DNA of 64,000 nucleotides. It comes from Hemiscyllium ocellatum (Eukaryota). Below are positions 26,520-38,140 of the stretch, in pieces. The DNA lies in assembly GCF_020745735.1 (NCBI RefSeq), contig NC_083417.1, positions 64,046,001 to 64,110,000 on the forward strand, written 5' to 3'. The translations under genes were made by a program, and so were the position numbers. The notes below the pieces were generated by a model. The model was given only the letters and a program-made list of their open reading frames with translations, ran no database searches and was not told the DNA's origin. Position 1 is the first letter of the stretch; the number at the start of each line of letters is the position of its first letter.

Positions 26520-28225
26520 CTCAGAAAAAAACGATTTTATGGAGATTTGACAGAACAGAATTTTGAGGGGCTAGATAGCATAGAGCAAGGAGAGGCTATT
26601 CCTGTTCGTGTAATAAAAATAACGAGAGAGTATTGTTATGAATTGATACCTGAAGGGCAAGGTTTTTGAGGGGGAAAAAGAGTTTGCAAAGCAAGCAATT
26701 CGGTTACGGAATAAATCGCCTTGAATATAGTTGTTGGCGGTTCAGATGAGGCAATAATGAGGCAATTGGAAGGTTGCTTAGATAGAAATAGTGTGCAAGA
26801 TATAAAGAAAAGGCTCTTGATAATGATGCTTGTTTGAAGAGCCGGTGCTGGATATGAATACTACAACTCTGAATGACTACTTGCATCAAAGAAATTTAGC
26901 CCAAACTCGCATCAAAAGCAGGAAGCAATAGTTAGTTGTCAACGTGTGTGGTCTGTTACTGGAAGATTGTTTCCAATCCGATTCCACAGTGTTTAGTTCT
27001 GGCTCCATTGTTTCTCCATGATACATAACAGATTTCAATTTAGTGGGCATGATTAAGAAGTTTGCAGATGATGCAAACATGATTATGTATTGACAATGGG
27101 GAAAGAAGCTGTAGACTTCAGGAAGGTAACAATAGATTAATCATGTGGGCAGAATGCTAGGAGATGAAATATGATGTTTGTGAATGATAAATAAGGCAAA
27201 GTAACGCATAGCAAATAGCATGATGCTGTTAAACACAGAGGAACAGAGCGGCCTTTCAAAATATGTCCACAAATCCGTATACACAGCAAAATAGGTAGAT
27301 ATCTTTGTTTCCTCCTTAGCCTCAGGTGAGGCCCCAGAGGACTGAATAATGTTGGTCCTTTGTACATGAAGTGCAGCGGTGATAATGCAGGACATTGTAG
27401 CCTGGTGACCCTAGCATCTGCAATAAGGAAACTGTGGAGAATGTTTTTGGGGACAGGATTTACTCGCATTTGGAGAAGAATGGATTTATTAGGCTAAGTC
27501 AGCATAGCTTTATGCGGAGGAGGCCTTGTATCATAAACTTGATTCAATTATGTTGAAGTGACAAAGATTATGAGTTAGGGTAGTGAATGTTGTCTACAGG
27601 GACTTCACTAAAGTGTTTGAGAATAGAAATTGGAACATCAGGTTGAGATTGCAGATGATGTTAATGAGCCCTCTTTTGGAGTTTTGTGTGCAGTTCTGCT
27701 CGCCCCACTATAGGAAGGATCTTACTGAAGAGGGTTCAGAAAAACATTTTTCAGGATGTTGCTGGGAATGACAAATACAAAAATATACCAAAATGCGCTG
27801 AATAGGCTGGGACTTTTCCATTGGAGTGTGGGAGATTGAAGCGTGATCTTACAAAAGTTTATATAAACATGAGGTGGATGAAAATATTAATAACAATGAT
27901 CTTTTCCCTAGGACGGGGGAGTTCAAAACTAGGGACCATATTTTTAAGGTAACAGGAGAAAAATTAAACAAGGACATCAGTGGCAACCTTCTTATGAAAA
28001 GGTGTTTCATGTGTGGAATGAACTGCCAGGGAAAATGGTGGATGAAGGTACATTTAAAATATTTAAATGACGTTTGGATTAACACATGAAAAGGAAAATC
28101 TGGAGGGATATGCGCCAAACGCAGGAAAGTGGGACTCTTTTAGTTTTTGAGTATGGTCAGTATGGGCTAGTTGGAACAGAGGGTCTATTTCCATGCTGAA
28201 TGACTCTAGGACGATGACTCTAAGA
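26520..28225 (+). mobile_element. Degraded CR1 fragments (RT to 3' end)
   Basis: KFADDA, VVYRDFTKVF and LEFCVQFCSPHYRKD motifs; atgactcta tail near 28200-28222. Confidence 0.75.
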
Positions 28226-28737
28226 GCGGACTTAAGATAATGTAAGGACTGGAGAGGTCGTGTAAACACAAGTCAGGACAAAACTATAATTCATATCAAT
28301 GACAAACTTGCAATGGTCACAGAAAGGATACAGAAGAGATTGACGAGTATGGTGTTGGAGATTTTGAATATTAGCTCTCAAGAAAACGAGGAAAAGCTAA
28401 AATGTGGCTTTTACTCGCGTTTTCCCTGTTGTCTAACTTACAGTAACTTGAGGACATAATACCGACTTCACGAGCGTGAAGTAGCTTCTGTTTATAAAAA
28501 TTAAACTTGTTCTCTTCCTTCTGCTTCAGTGACTTTCGAGATTCATCAGACGAATAATGGGAAATACTATATAATCCCATTTAACAAACGACGCCTATTT
28601 CTGAACCCTCAATTAGACGGTGCCAAATGTCAATGTGACGTAACTCCAAAAACAAACCGCAAACTCATCTCAATTGCGAAGTCGTCATAACTGCAGACAA
28701 TCAGCATCTGAATCCGTCACTTCAGCCGTTGCTCAGA

Positions 28738-28792
28738 ATGACAGCCAACACCATTTTTCTCTGCGTGATTCTCCAATGGATTGTTCATATAG
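28738..28792 (+). CDS. Gene A exon 1, signal peptide MTANTIFLCVILQWIVHI
   Basis: gaATG context and phase-1 donor AG|gtatc, both as in the gene B leader. Confidence 0.7.
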
Positions 28793-29049
28793 GTATCACT
28801 AATTTATAAAATGCTTTCGAAACATTTTTACACGGTTTAGAGCAAGCTAGTTCCTCTACCCGACTATCCCTTAACGGGGACATGATGTAGTAATGATAGC
28901 TAATATTCAAATAACGCGAAAGTTTTGAAATTCAATTTGACTTCACGTAGTGTGTTTGGAATATAAATCTCGAGTCAGTAAAGATGACAATGAAAAGATA
29001 GTCGATTATCATTAAGAACTAACTAGCTGACTGATTTCCATTCTTAATG

Positions 29050-29200
29050 TTAAGGAAGGAAATCTGCCATCCTTTCTTGCTCCTGACTACATGTGATCTG
29101 GAGCAATGTGACTGACTCTTAGCTTCCTTCTGAAACAGTTCAGAAGCCTCTCAGAACCGGAGTAGTTAGGAAAGGGCAATGATGCCTTTGCTAGATATAC
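29050..29200 (+). mobile_element. LINE 3'-end fragment in gene A intron 1
   Basis: ggaaggaaatctgccatcc... shared with 39955-40070. It explains why this intron (477 nt) is longer than those of genes B and C (174 and 211 nt). Confidence 0.55.
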
Positions 29201-29269
29201 TCATATACCATGATTTTTTAGAATAGTTGTTTATTTTACAATTAATATGAACTTGTATATTTCTGCCAG

Positions 29270-29590
29270 CTGCGGATCGCACTTCATTCACTGTGTCCCA
29301 GGCACCTGAAGAAGCGAAAGTTCTCAGAGGAGAGAGTACTACCTTCTACTACATATTTCCTCTCTCGAACGACCAAACCTGGGTACTGGTGTTATGGTAG
29401 AAACATGCCGAGAATGAATACTTGCGTACAAGCACAGACAAGAGAAAGAGGTTTGGGATGGAAAGTAGAGCAAGCGGTTTCCTTCAGCTACTGGGTGTGA
29501 CAATCCAAGACGCTGGGATCTATCACTGCACCGTGATCCGCCAGGGAGAGGTTAGAGGCAATGGCACTGGATCGCGTTTAACTGTGTATG
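29270..29590 (+). pseudogene. Gene A exon 2, disrupted V-set (VJ-type) domain
   Basis: 321 nt like the gene B V exon, and aligns without gaps (about 48/107 identical by hand count). Reads TFYY (Cys lost), LW*K and QDAGIYHCTVIRQGEVRGNGTGSRLTV; splice sites intact. Confidence 0.92.
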
Positions 29591-29715
29591 GTAAATGAAT
29601 ATGTTGAGCAGGGATCTTTTGAAACAGTTTTATTATATCCTCTTTGTCAGTATAAAGGTGACTATTAATACAATTCGAGATCATGCTCCCTGTTTAAATC
29701 TACTAATTAGACAGA

Positions 29716-29888
29716 TAAAAATCACACACCACTAGGTTATAGTTCATCAGGTTTATTTGGCAGCACTAGCTTTCCGAGCGCAGCTCCGAAAGCTAGTGAT
29801 TCCAAGCAAACCTGTAGGACTATAATCTGGTATTGTGTGAGTTTTAACTTTGTACACCCCGATCCAACACCGGCACCTCGAAATCATG
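29716..29888. mobile_element. Penelope-like palindromic element in gene A intron 2
   Basis: Arms 29716-29780 and 29782-29846 are reverse-complementary. Confidence 0.7.
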
Positions 29889-30109
29889 GCAAATTAGACA
29901 TGTAGCGTCACACGCAAATTGCAACAAAATGATCTAATATTAATCAGTTAGACTGGAACTGCAAAAGCAACATATGCAACAACTTAATTATTGTGAAAAC
30001 TAGGAACGGTGTTCAAGTTTCTAACAGATTGAAAGCTTTTGTGTTATTGTGTTCCTCTCCCATCACCTTTCCCAGCTACATGTATACCGCCCTGTTCCTC
30101 GGTACTCTC

Positions 30110-30210
30110 AAGTGAAGAAGGGTCACTAGACCCGAAACTTTAACTCTTTATTTCCTCCATAGATGCTATCAGATCTGCTGACTTTGCTAGCAATTTTTGT
30201 ATTGTTTCTG
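30110..30210 (+). mobile_element. Penelope-like terminal fragment with decayed hammerhead core
   Basis: gTGAAGA-A-GGGTC-acta-GACCC-GAAAC followed by cagatgct...ctgctga-type sequence. Confidence 0.55.
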
Positions 30211-31027
30211 AGTCCCTGTGTAATACGCATCTCCGAACCAAACACCTTGCTTAGGTATTTTTTAGTGCACGTTTCCGCCTAACGTTGCCTTGGTTAATCG
30301 GCATGCCTGAAATTTAATCTCACATATTGTCAGAATTGCGGAATTCAACGTCATTGAGCTGTTAATTGTCAAATAAATGATTTACCCATGATCTGGAGCT
30401 TCAAACACATGGATTGCATCAATAGCGCCCAATAAATAAAATAAACAGAGGTTCGGTTTTCCTGAAATCTCTTGGTCTTCAGCTGAATGCATTGTATTCC
30501 AATAATTGTTATACTCCAGCTATGATTTATTCCAAAGCTGGTAAAGCCCCCATTCATCACAAATATTGTGCATATTGTTGACCACATACCTCTTAGTATG
30601 TATCAAACATGTAAAGATTAATTGTGTTGACTACTCCCAGAAATTTCGATTTTGGACTATGGAAGCCAAACACGACGTAATAAGACTTTTCGATTGCTCT
30701 GCCGAGTAATTTAAATTGTGACGAACTCGAAACGTCACCTTTGTTTTCTCTCGACAGATGCTGACAGACCTCCTGTAATTCCGTTTTGATTTATGTTAAT
30801 TCAAAGTCTTGGTGTTAATAACATAGGTAAAATTGACTCAGTCGTCGATTTCTATCTGAGACATTGAGAGGACGCGCATAAAATATGTTTAAGATTAAAA
30901 AGAAAAGAGTCTGCGCCTTTGAATGCCGTCGTTGCAAAAATAAGCGGTCCGAACTTAGATAAGAACAATGTTTAGTTTCTCCTAAACTCATACAGTAACT
31001 TAATTTTGTTCATTCTGTGCTTTGCAG

Positions 31028-31339
31028 CGGCCCCAACACCACTAACTATTGTCTCCGGGCTATCAGAAGGGAATTCCTCTGCATCACTGGCTTTAAACTG
31101 TGAAACAGCTGCGTTTTATCCGGAAAATCTCACACTCACTTGGCATAAGAATGGTGTTGAATCTGCATTCGGAATAAAGACAAGTAAAATAAAAAACACG
31201 GAAGGACTATATAAAGTTTCCAGTACTTTAGTTGAGACGCAATCTGTCCTGAGTGGCACTAATTATACCTGTTCGGTAAAACACGTCTCTCTCCAGGCGC
31301 CAGCTGTTGTCAACTATACCGTTTGGAAATCTAATCAAG
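31028..31339 (+). CDS. Gene A exon 3, intact C1-set domain
   Basis: Acceptor tgctttgcag, donor gtagga. LNCETAAFYPENLTLTWHKNG...GLYKVSSTL...YTCSVKHVSL. Confidence 0.93.
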
Positions 31340-32064
31340 GTAGGACACGGACTTCCAAAGAGAATCCGTAACTGTTGAATTCGTAAAGACCAATTCGGTA
31401 CTTAGCGCATATTATTAAAAATAGGGATGGAGCATTGAAGTCTGAAAGAAAAGATAAACGAACACCAAGATTTACCAAATGTATGGCGCATTTCAACCTG
31501 ATGTTCTCAAAACCGGGTCATATCATTCGCCACACAAATATTCTCAGTTCAATTTATTTAATTGCAAATTCATCCACTGCATTTACAAAATGGCAAGAAT
31601 GGAAATTAAGAGCAGGAGTAGACCTAAAAGCTTGCATAATCTGCTTATTACCGATTTTTTTAACCAACTCCAGTCTCCAGCACGATCCCCATATTCATCG
31701 GTTGCCTTAGTGCCACAAATGCTATAGATTGTGTCTCTGATGGTCAGAACGTCGTTCTCTCTGGAGTTGAGATTGCTGAAGATTCAGAGCCTTTGAAAAA
31801 ATAAAATGTCCTAATAGTAGTGCTAAATTGCCGAGCTCTCAGCTCGTGAAAATAACCTGAAAGTCTACATTCATGCCAAGGGGTAACAGAAAACTCTTCT
31901 TCTTTATGTAAACTAGACCCTATATCGCTTTTTATTAAATGATATTGAATTATTACAGACACAGGAATTTATCTCATAAACGGTTTTAGTCCTTTTTGCA
32001 AAATATAAAACAGAAATTTAGCCACTTGAGCAAGTTAATATCTACATTCATGTTATTCTTGCAG

Positions 32065-32178
32065 ATATTGCCCATATGCCATTTTACTACTCGTGCCTCA
32101 GATACATGGTGGGTGGACTGGCGTTTCTATTACTCCTGATTATCACCGGGTCGCACTGTGCAATAGAGTTTGAGAAAA
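32065..32178 (+). CDS. Gene A exon 4, stalk plus TM with N-terminal Arg
   Basis: Acceptor ttcttgcag, donor gtaagt. DIAHMPFYYSCLRYMVGGLAFLLLLIITGSHCAIEFEK. Confidence 0.85.
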
Positions 32179-33566
32179 GTAAGTTTAATGTGATATTTTG
32201 ATTTTAATACAGATATCAGTTGGTGATAGATTGAACGTTAATGAGTATTCCAGGGAACAATCATTATTTTTGAAACAACAGTCTCTTTTCCCGACGAGTC
32301 ACTGTGCTTTTTTCCCGGAAAGTAATAAATTCTCCAGTTCAAAACACAAAATTATGTGAAAAATGGATCTGATCAGCCAGATATCAGCAAGTACAATGTT
32401 CACCGGCAGCAAGGACTGAATCAAATTTGACTTTACACGCTCCATTTGCAAACATCTATCCTGACACCGCAATTAGTTTTTGCGAGGTTTTGAGGGTGTT
32501 AGCCTTGAAATGGTTACAGACCATTGTTAGTCTCTACAGAGGATAGAGTTTCACTGTTGCAGAAATCAGCATTGGAAAAACAGGTTCAATTTTTGCACAA
32601 TCTATAGAAATGTCTTTTCAAAAATCGCATTCAAACCTTTTTTAAAAAAATCATTATTTTTTAAAACAAGTACGAATTGATGTGAAAGCTGTTCATAGCT
32701 ATTTTATTGCTTCAACATAAGTCGAAGTCTAAAGCGAGCTTAACGCCGTGATCAACCGATCTGTTCATCCATGTATTTCCCACAGATGAAAATAACCAAT
32801 CTTTGTAGTTTTGGACGTATTTTTGCAATGACAAATGCCTAACAGCAGGCGCTAAGGAATTAAGCTGGTTTTTCGAGAGTAAAAGGTCGCTGTTACGGAG
32901 TGCCATTTTCTTTCCCACGACCAGTGTGTTCCTGATATAACCAAATAAACAGACCGGAAACAACCCGGAAAATGCCGTTGAAATCCAAATACATAGTAAA
33001 ACATCATAGTTCTACTTGCATATTATAAATCGGTTGGAAACTTTAGCACATTTATACCTGTGCTGTACTGAGTCCATTGACATATTTAGATATTTGTTTC
33101 ACAATGAGCGAACTAATTGAGTACTTTCGCAGTCGCGATTATTGAACAGCATTCATCATGGTTTCTGCGCGTTATGTTTCACCATTGTTCAGTGTTTCAC
33201 TAATAAAACAATGAAAGGCAATGAAGTCGGCATCTCAGAAGTATTTCCTTGTGGAATGTATGCAAAGCATAGGACTAAATTGCTAACACTTTGCATTGAC
33301 GCAATCTTAACGATTAAGACCTCTAGAGTTACTCTCGAACAGGACTTCCTGTGAACATGCAAGTTGTGCTGAGAAGTGAATCAACCATCCAAAGATTACC
33401 ACAGGTACTCATATTGCTGTGAGAAATGGTACTATAAAGTTGATTGTCTGCAGTCGTGTATTGTAGTTCAGGCTTTTTGCGCTTGTTTTCAACCCTTTGC
33501 TTAATCCTTCGAGCATCAGCCTTAAAAAAACACGAATTAACAATTTCCCAAAACATCAATTTTCAG

Positions 33567-33631
33567 ACCAAACAAGAGAAGCACGGGACTGCAGAATGAT
33601 CAAGCAGCCAAAGAAAACTGAACAATATTAA
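33567..33631 (+). CDS. Candidate short terminal cytoplasmic exon of gene A (NQTREARDCRMIKQPKKTEQY*)
   Basis: Acceptor caattttcag, phase-1 compatible, with AATAAA at 34033 and 34121. An alternative acceptor at 34180 gives STTIKPDL*; I cannot tell the two apart. Confidence 0.35.
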
Positions 33632-33710
33632 AAAAATACTGTCAGCCAAAAAGAAGCGTAAAGTATCAAATGATTGCATCATTGAATGGAGACTATAATC
33701 GTCTGCAGGT

Positions 33711-33990
33711 TTTGAGAGGACTTGTAGCTCAGGTTGAGGGTCTGGATGTAGGTTTGCTCGCTGAGCTGGAAAATTCCGTTTTATGACGTTTGTCACCATA
33801 TTAAGTAACATCTTCAGTCAGCCTTCAAATGAAGCACTGGTGTTGTAGCCCGCTTACTCAAACTCTAACATATAAATAGAAAGCGGGCTACAGCACTTGT
33901 GCTTCATTTGGAGGCTCACTAAAGATGTTACTTAGTATGGTGACGAAATGTCTGAAAGTGAAACTTCCAGCACAGCATACATCCAGAACA
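33711..33990. mobile_element. Penelope-like inverted-repeat element
   Basis: Arms of about 110 nt (33741-33855 and 33881-33987) are reverse-complementary around a 25-nt spacer. Confidence 0.7.
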
Positions 33991-36900
33991 ATAATTGTCT
34001 GTTATTTCATAGATACTTCTGGAAATTTCTGTAATAAAACAACAATGAGCTTTTTTGAGAAATTAGCAGTTTTTAATGCAAGGTATGCCACACTATTTAG
34101 TCATCATGATGTGCATAGTCAATAAAACAAAATCCTGTTGGATCATTTTCTTCTCCATCAAACATTTGTGTGTTTTTCAGGTACTACTATAAAGCCTGAT
34201 CTTTGATTTGCATTCTGACCTCTAGAACAGACAATTCTTTTGATTTGTTTGATCTATGAACTGGTCGGATGCTTTCCTGAACACAAACAACTCGATTCAA
34301 AGTAGGAGGTGTGTTTTCCGATAATGTGTACGATTGTTCATTTTATTTCTTAGGGACCCATTTAGACAATTATTAGACAGGAGCAGAAGAACGACTAGCA
34401 GCTGAAAAATTGCAATGGATTTGTTTTAATTGGGATTATCCCTGCTTCACAGTGGCTGGCTGATCACCTGAAGGACGGTCAATAATTATTTGAGTTGTTT
34501 TAGGATTATCTCACACCAATTCTACAACTGTGCCATGGTCAAAAGTTTATGACGAATTTTAAGGATAACTTTATAAAGAAGCTATCTCACAATTGTTCTG
34601 GTATGACGAATTTGTAATTTAATATGCTTTTTGGGATCTATAAAGTTACAATAGAAATTAAGAACAGACGTTTCCAAGAGACTGTACTCCACTCGCAAAA
34701 TGAACAATCTCTTGTCATAACTTTTCATGATGAATGACATTAACCTTTTTCCAAGCAAATACCATTTTGCTGCTGAGGACATTCAAATCCGATATTCTGT
34801 ATAGTCTCTGTGGTAAAAAAAAATCTTGCTCGACTATTCTCCTTCATGCTTTCTGATTACATGAAAGTTGTCCCACGATCAGTCAGCTGCTAGGCGGTGG
34901 AATCATTTCATCACGACTTGCGCATCATACTATAGGATCGATTTGAAAACGTTTGTCAATATTTTAACCATCACAGACAACGCAAGGTAAACTCAGCAGG
35001 TCGACCAGCAGCTGTGGAGAGAGAAACGGAATTAAAGTTTTCAACTTCTTTATGATTGTTCTTCAGAGCTGTCAGTCTTTTTAAATCCTTGGAGACAGGG
35101 GGAAAGGGAAACAAACAAATTCCCACTCTTTGACATTTAGCTGGCTCCTTTGACCTGATGTTGCAGTCTTCCATTACTATTTATGTTGATCACCACTTCC
35201 TGTTATGACGCGCGATCTCACCAAATATGAAACCAAGGCCTGTCCTTTGCACTTTCACTACATGATGGACTTTTGTTGACACCATTCATCTGTGCCTCTT
35301 CTTTCCTCATCACAACTAAAAGTCTTATTATTCACGCTACACATTTTTCTCAGATTTCAGCGCGTGAAATTCAATATTTTCTACGTTTGTGTCCTGCATC
35401 AGACTTGCGAAGTAGAAACATTGCCAGCAGCACGTCGCGTTCAGAACTGTCACTATTTGTTTGACTCCCCAAAATACGTTTACTGCAAATTTGATTGCGT
35501 CTCAACTAAAGTACTGGAAACGTTATATGGTCCCTCGGTGTTATTTACTTTACTTGTCTTTATTCTGAGTGCAGATTCAACACCATACCCCCACACAATG
35601 CGCCCTTCCCCGCAAATCACTTCCTTTGAAGATAACCGGACTCCACAGGAAACAAACGAACAAAATGCAGAACCCGTGAGACATCTCTGGGCACGTCCTT
35701 CTTTTTCAGTTGGGTTCCTCTAACTTAACTTTTCTTTTGTCTCCTCTTGCCCATCGGCCTACACTATTCGTACTTCGTTTTGCCTATATGGTGTGCAATG
35801 CCAGCTGAAATACTTCTGGAAATTCAGGTAAAATGCACCTGCTGCACTTAACTGTTTCCTCTGTTAATTCTTCAAAAACTTCTGTAAGACAAATACGATC
35901 TGCCTTTTTTATACATTCATGCTGACTATACTTGATTCCTTTCGAAAGATATTTAGTTTAGTGCTGAAAGACAGAGGAATGGGTGTGACGTACTTAAATC
36001 CTAAACTATTTACCTCCTATGAAGTTGCAATCAAGGTCACGCTATATTTGTCATCTCATAGAGTCATGCAGTAATGAAGGTCCACAGCACAGAAAAAAAA
36101 ACTTACTGTTTTAAGCCGATATAATATATTGCCAAAAAGCTGATCTTAAGTGAACACACTCCAGATTATTTTGATAACTATGCATTCAAAAATAACAGAG
36201 CAGTTAAGAAAAACATGAACATTTCGGCGTTCTATCATTGCTCGATTCTGATAAGAGGAAAGATGTTTACCAAGGGTTAATTCAAATGCTCGAATTGGTT
36301 TGCTAAATGTTAACACAAGCAATAAAGCTGAGAAGGTTAATTACTTAAGTATTTGGTTAGTGCGATTCATGGTAACGTCACTTCTGTTGCATGACGGCAT
36401 TAACGAAACATCACGTTTCATCGTAACTGCAACAAAAACATCTAGACTTAGCAGCTCTAGTAGCACTGCAAAAACGTTTAAAGGCCGCACTGGGCCTTCG
36501 AATTTCATGACAGACATCAGTCAGACAGATATATGAGAATGGCATGCAACTTCCATTTATTTTTAACACTTTAGTTACTTGTAAGCACACAACCAACACT
36601 ATCTAATTGGTTAAGTGGAATCTAGATACGATCCACGCATGTTCACTCTGACGAGTTATACTATTCTCGCCGAACTCAGGGACTTCTCTTAATGTAGGTT
36701 GGTTAGCTTAATGATCCAGGTTATGTTTGGAATATAGCGAATTGTCCAACTAATATTTCACATCCTTGCCTACATTGGGTCACCAACACGTCCACTTTAT
36801 TGGTTCAGTGTTTGTTCCCATCCCTTGGTGCCATGGCATCGTCCATCCACAAGGGCACGTCAATCCTTGAGTTGTATCTTATTCTCTACTTACTGTCAGA

Positions 36901-37239
36901 TGCAGGGTAAATTCCCTCTCTGGTCAGTTTTAAGTCATTATCATTGCTTTGTATTAAGTCTTCAACCCTAGTCTGATTGACGGTAATGGTAGCTTATTTG
37001 CCTATTGGGCGTTGCTATGATTTTCTCTCTCGTGCACCCTTGTTTTGCCAATTCACTCTCTCGTCTGCTCCCAGCAGGGGCTGATTTGTGGTTTGTTATT
37101 ACCTTGCTACTCCTCGGTTTTTGTCCGTGAGTGGTATGAAGAATATGTTTTTGAGGGACAGATTGGGTGATGGGGGTTGGGGGTTGGGGGTGGAGGGGTG
37201 GGGGGTGGCTGTCTCCTGTCCGCTGTCACAAATCCATAA

Positions 37240-38140
37240 TACAACAAGATCATAATACATTGGAGGAAAAATTAGGCCATTCAGCCCATCGAGTCTGCTC
37301 CAACATTCAATCATGGCTAAAAAAAGTTTTCAACTGTGTTTCCCGTTTTTTCCAGGAAACCTTCGATCTCCTTGGCAATCAAGAAGTTATCTTGTTCTGT
37401 TTAATATGCACTCATTGACCTGGCCTCCACAGTCTTCTGTGAAAATGAATTGCACAGATTCACAACTCTCTGGAGAAATAAGTTTCTTCTTATCTCCGTT
37501 CTAAAGGGTCTTCCCTTTACTCTTAGGCTGTGCTCCCGGGTCTTCGTCCCTCTTGAATTGAGAGTGTGTTGCCAGAAAATCTTCATCCCTCTTGCCAGTG
37601 GAAATATTTTCCCAGCTTCCATTCCGTCCAGGCCATTCAGTATTCGTTAATGTTCAATCATATCAAGCCTCATCCTTCTAAACTCCATCGAGTATCGCCC
37701 CAGAGGCCTCAAAAGATGCCCATATGTTAAATTTTTCATTTCAGGGATAATTCTCGTGAGCCTCCTGTGGACCCACTCCAGGGACGATACATCCTTCCAG
37801 AGTTATGGGGTCCAACATTGCTCACAATTCTCTCAATGTGGTCTATCCAGCGCTTCAGAAGTACATATCTGCTTTGATAATCTTTCACACTCAAGGTGAA
37901 TGTCAACACTGTATTTACCTTCCTAAGTACTGATTCAAACTGCAGGTTTTCCTTAAGAGAAACCTGGACTAGGATTCCTAAGTCCCGTTGCATTTCAGAC
38001 TTCTGATTTTCTTCCTCATTTAGAACATAGTCCACATCTATATTCTTCCCCAGAAAGTGCATCACCTCACACTTTCCCACAATGTATTTCATCTGCCACT
38101 TCTTAGCCCACTCTGCTAACCTTTCTAAATCTTTCTGCAG
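37240..38140 (-). mobile_element. CR1 LINE 3' fragment
   Basis: Minus-strand ORF parts QKDLERLAEWAKKWQMKYIVGKCEVMH and TRGHSL-type motif. Confidence 0.85.

Larger units (their letters stand above)
28738..32178 (+). pseudogene. Gene A: VJ-C1-TM receptor paralog, probable pseudogene or null allele (activating-type TM)
   Basis: Leader, V, C1 and TM exons with the same phases as gene B. The V exon has an in-frame TAG at 29398-29400, and its first Cys is replaced by Tyr (TAC at 29350-29352). Confidence 0.85.

Noticed and set aside
29341-29400. AID/APOBEC origin of the two G-to-A lesions in gene A
   Set aside because: Only one site is in a WRC context; two transitions are unremarkable for neutral decay.
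35292-35723. 143-aa ORF with vague V-like pieces (VYCKF; FTLLVFILSADSTPY)
   Set aside because: No Trp or second Cys in frame, wrong motif spacing, and no convincing splice sites. Treated as chance, though an extremely decayed V exon cannot be excluded.
36626-36692. TSYTIL (TxYxxL) as a possible gene A tail motif
   Set aside because: The acceptor lacks a polypyrimidine tract and the phase is incompatible.
37172-37208. G-rich tract able to form a G-quadruplex (also the G14 run at 54928-54941)
   Set aside because: Simple repeats within or beside retroelement debris, with no link to the genes.
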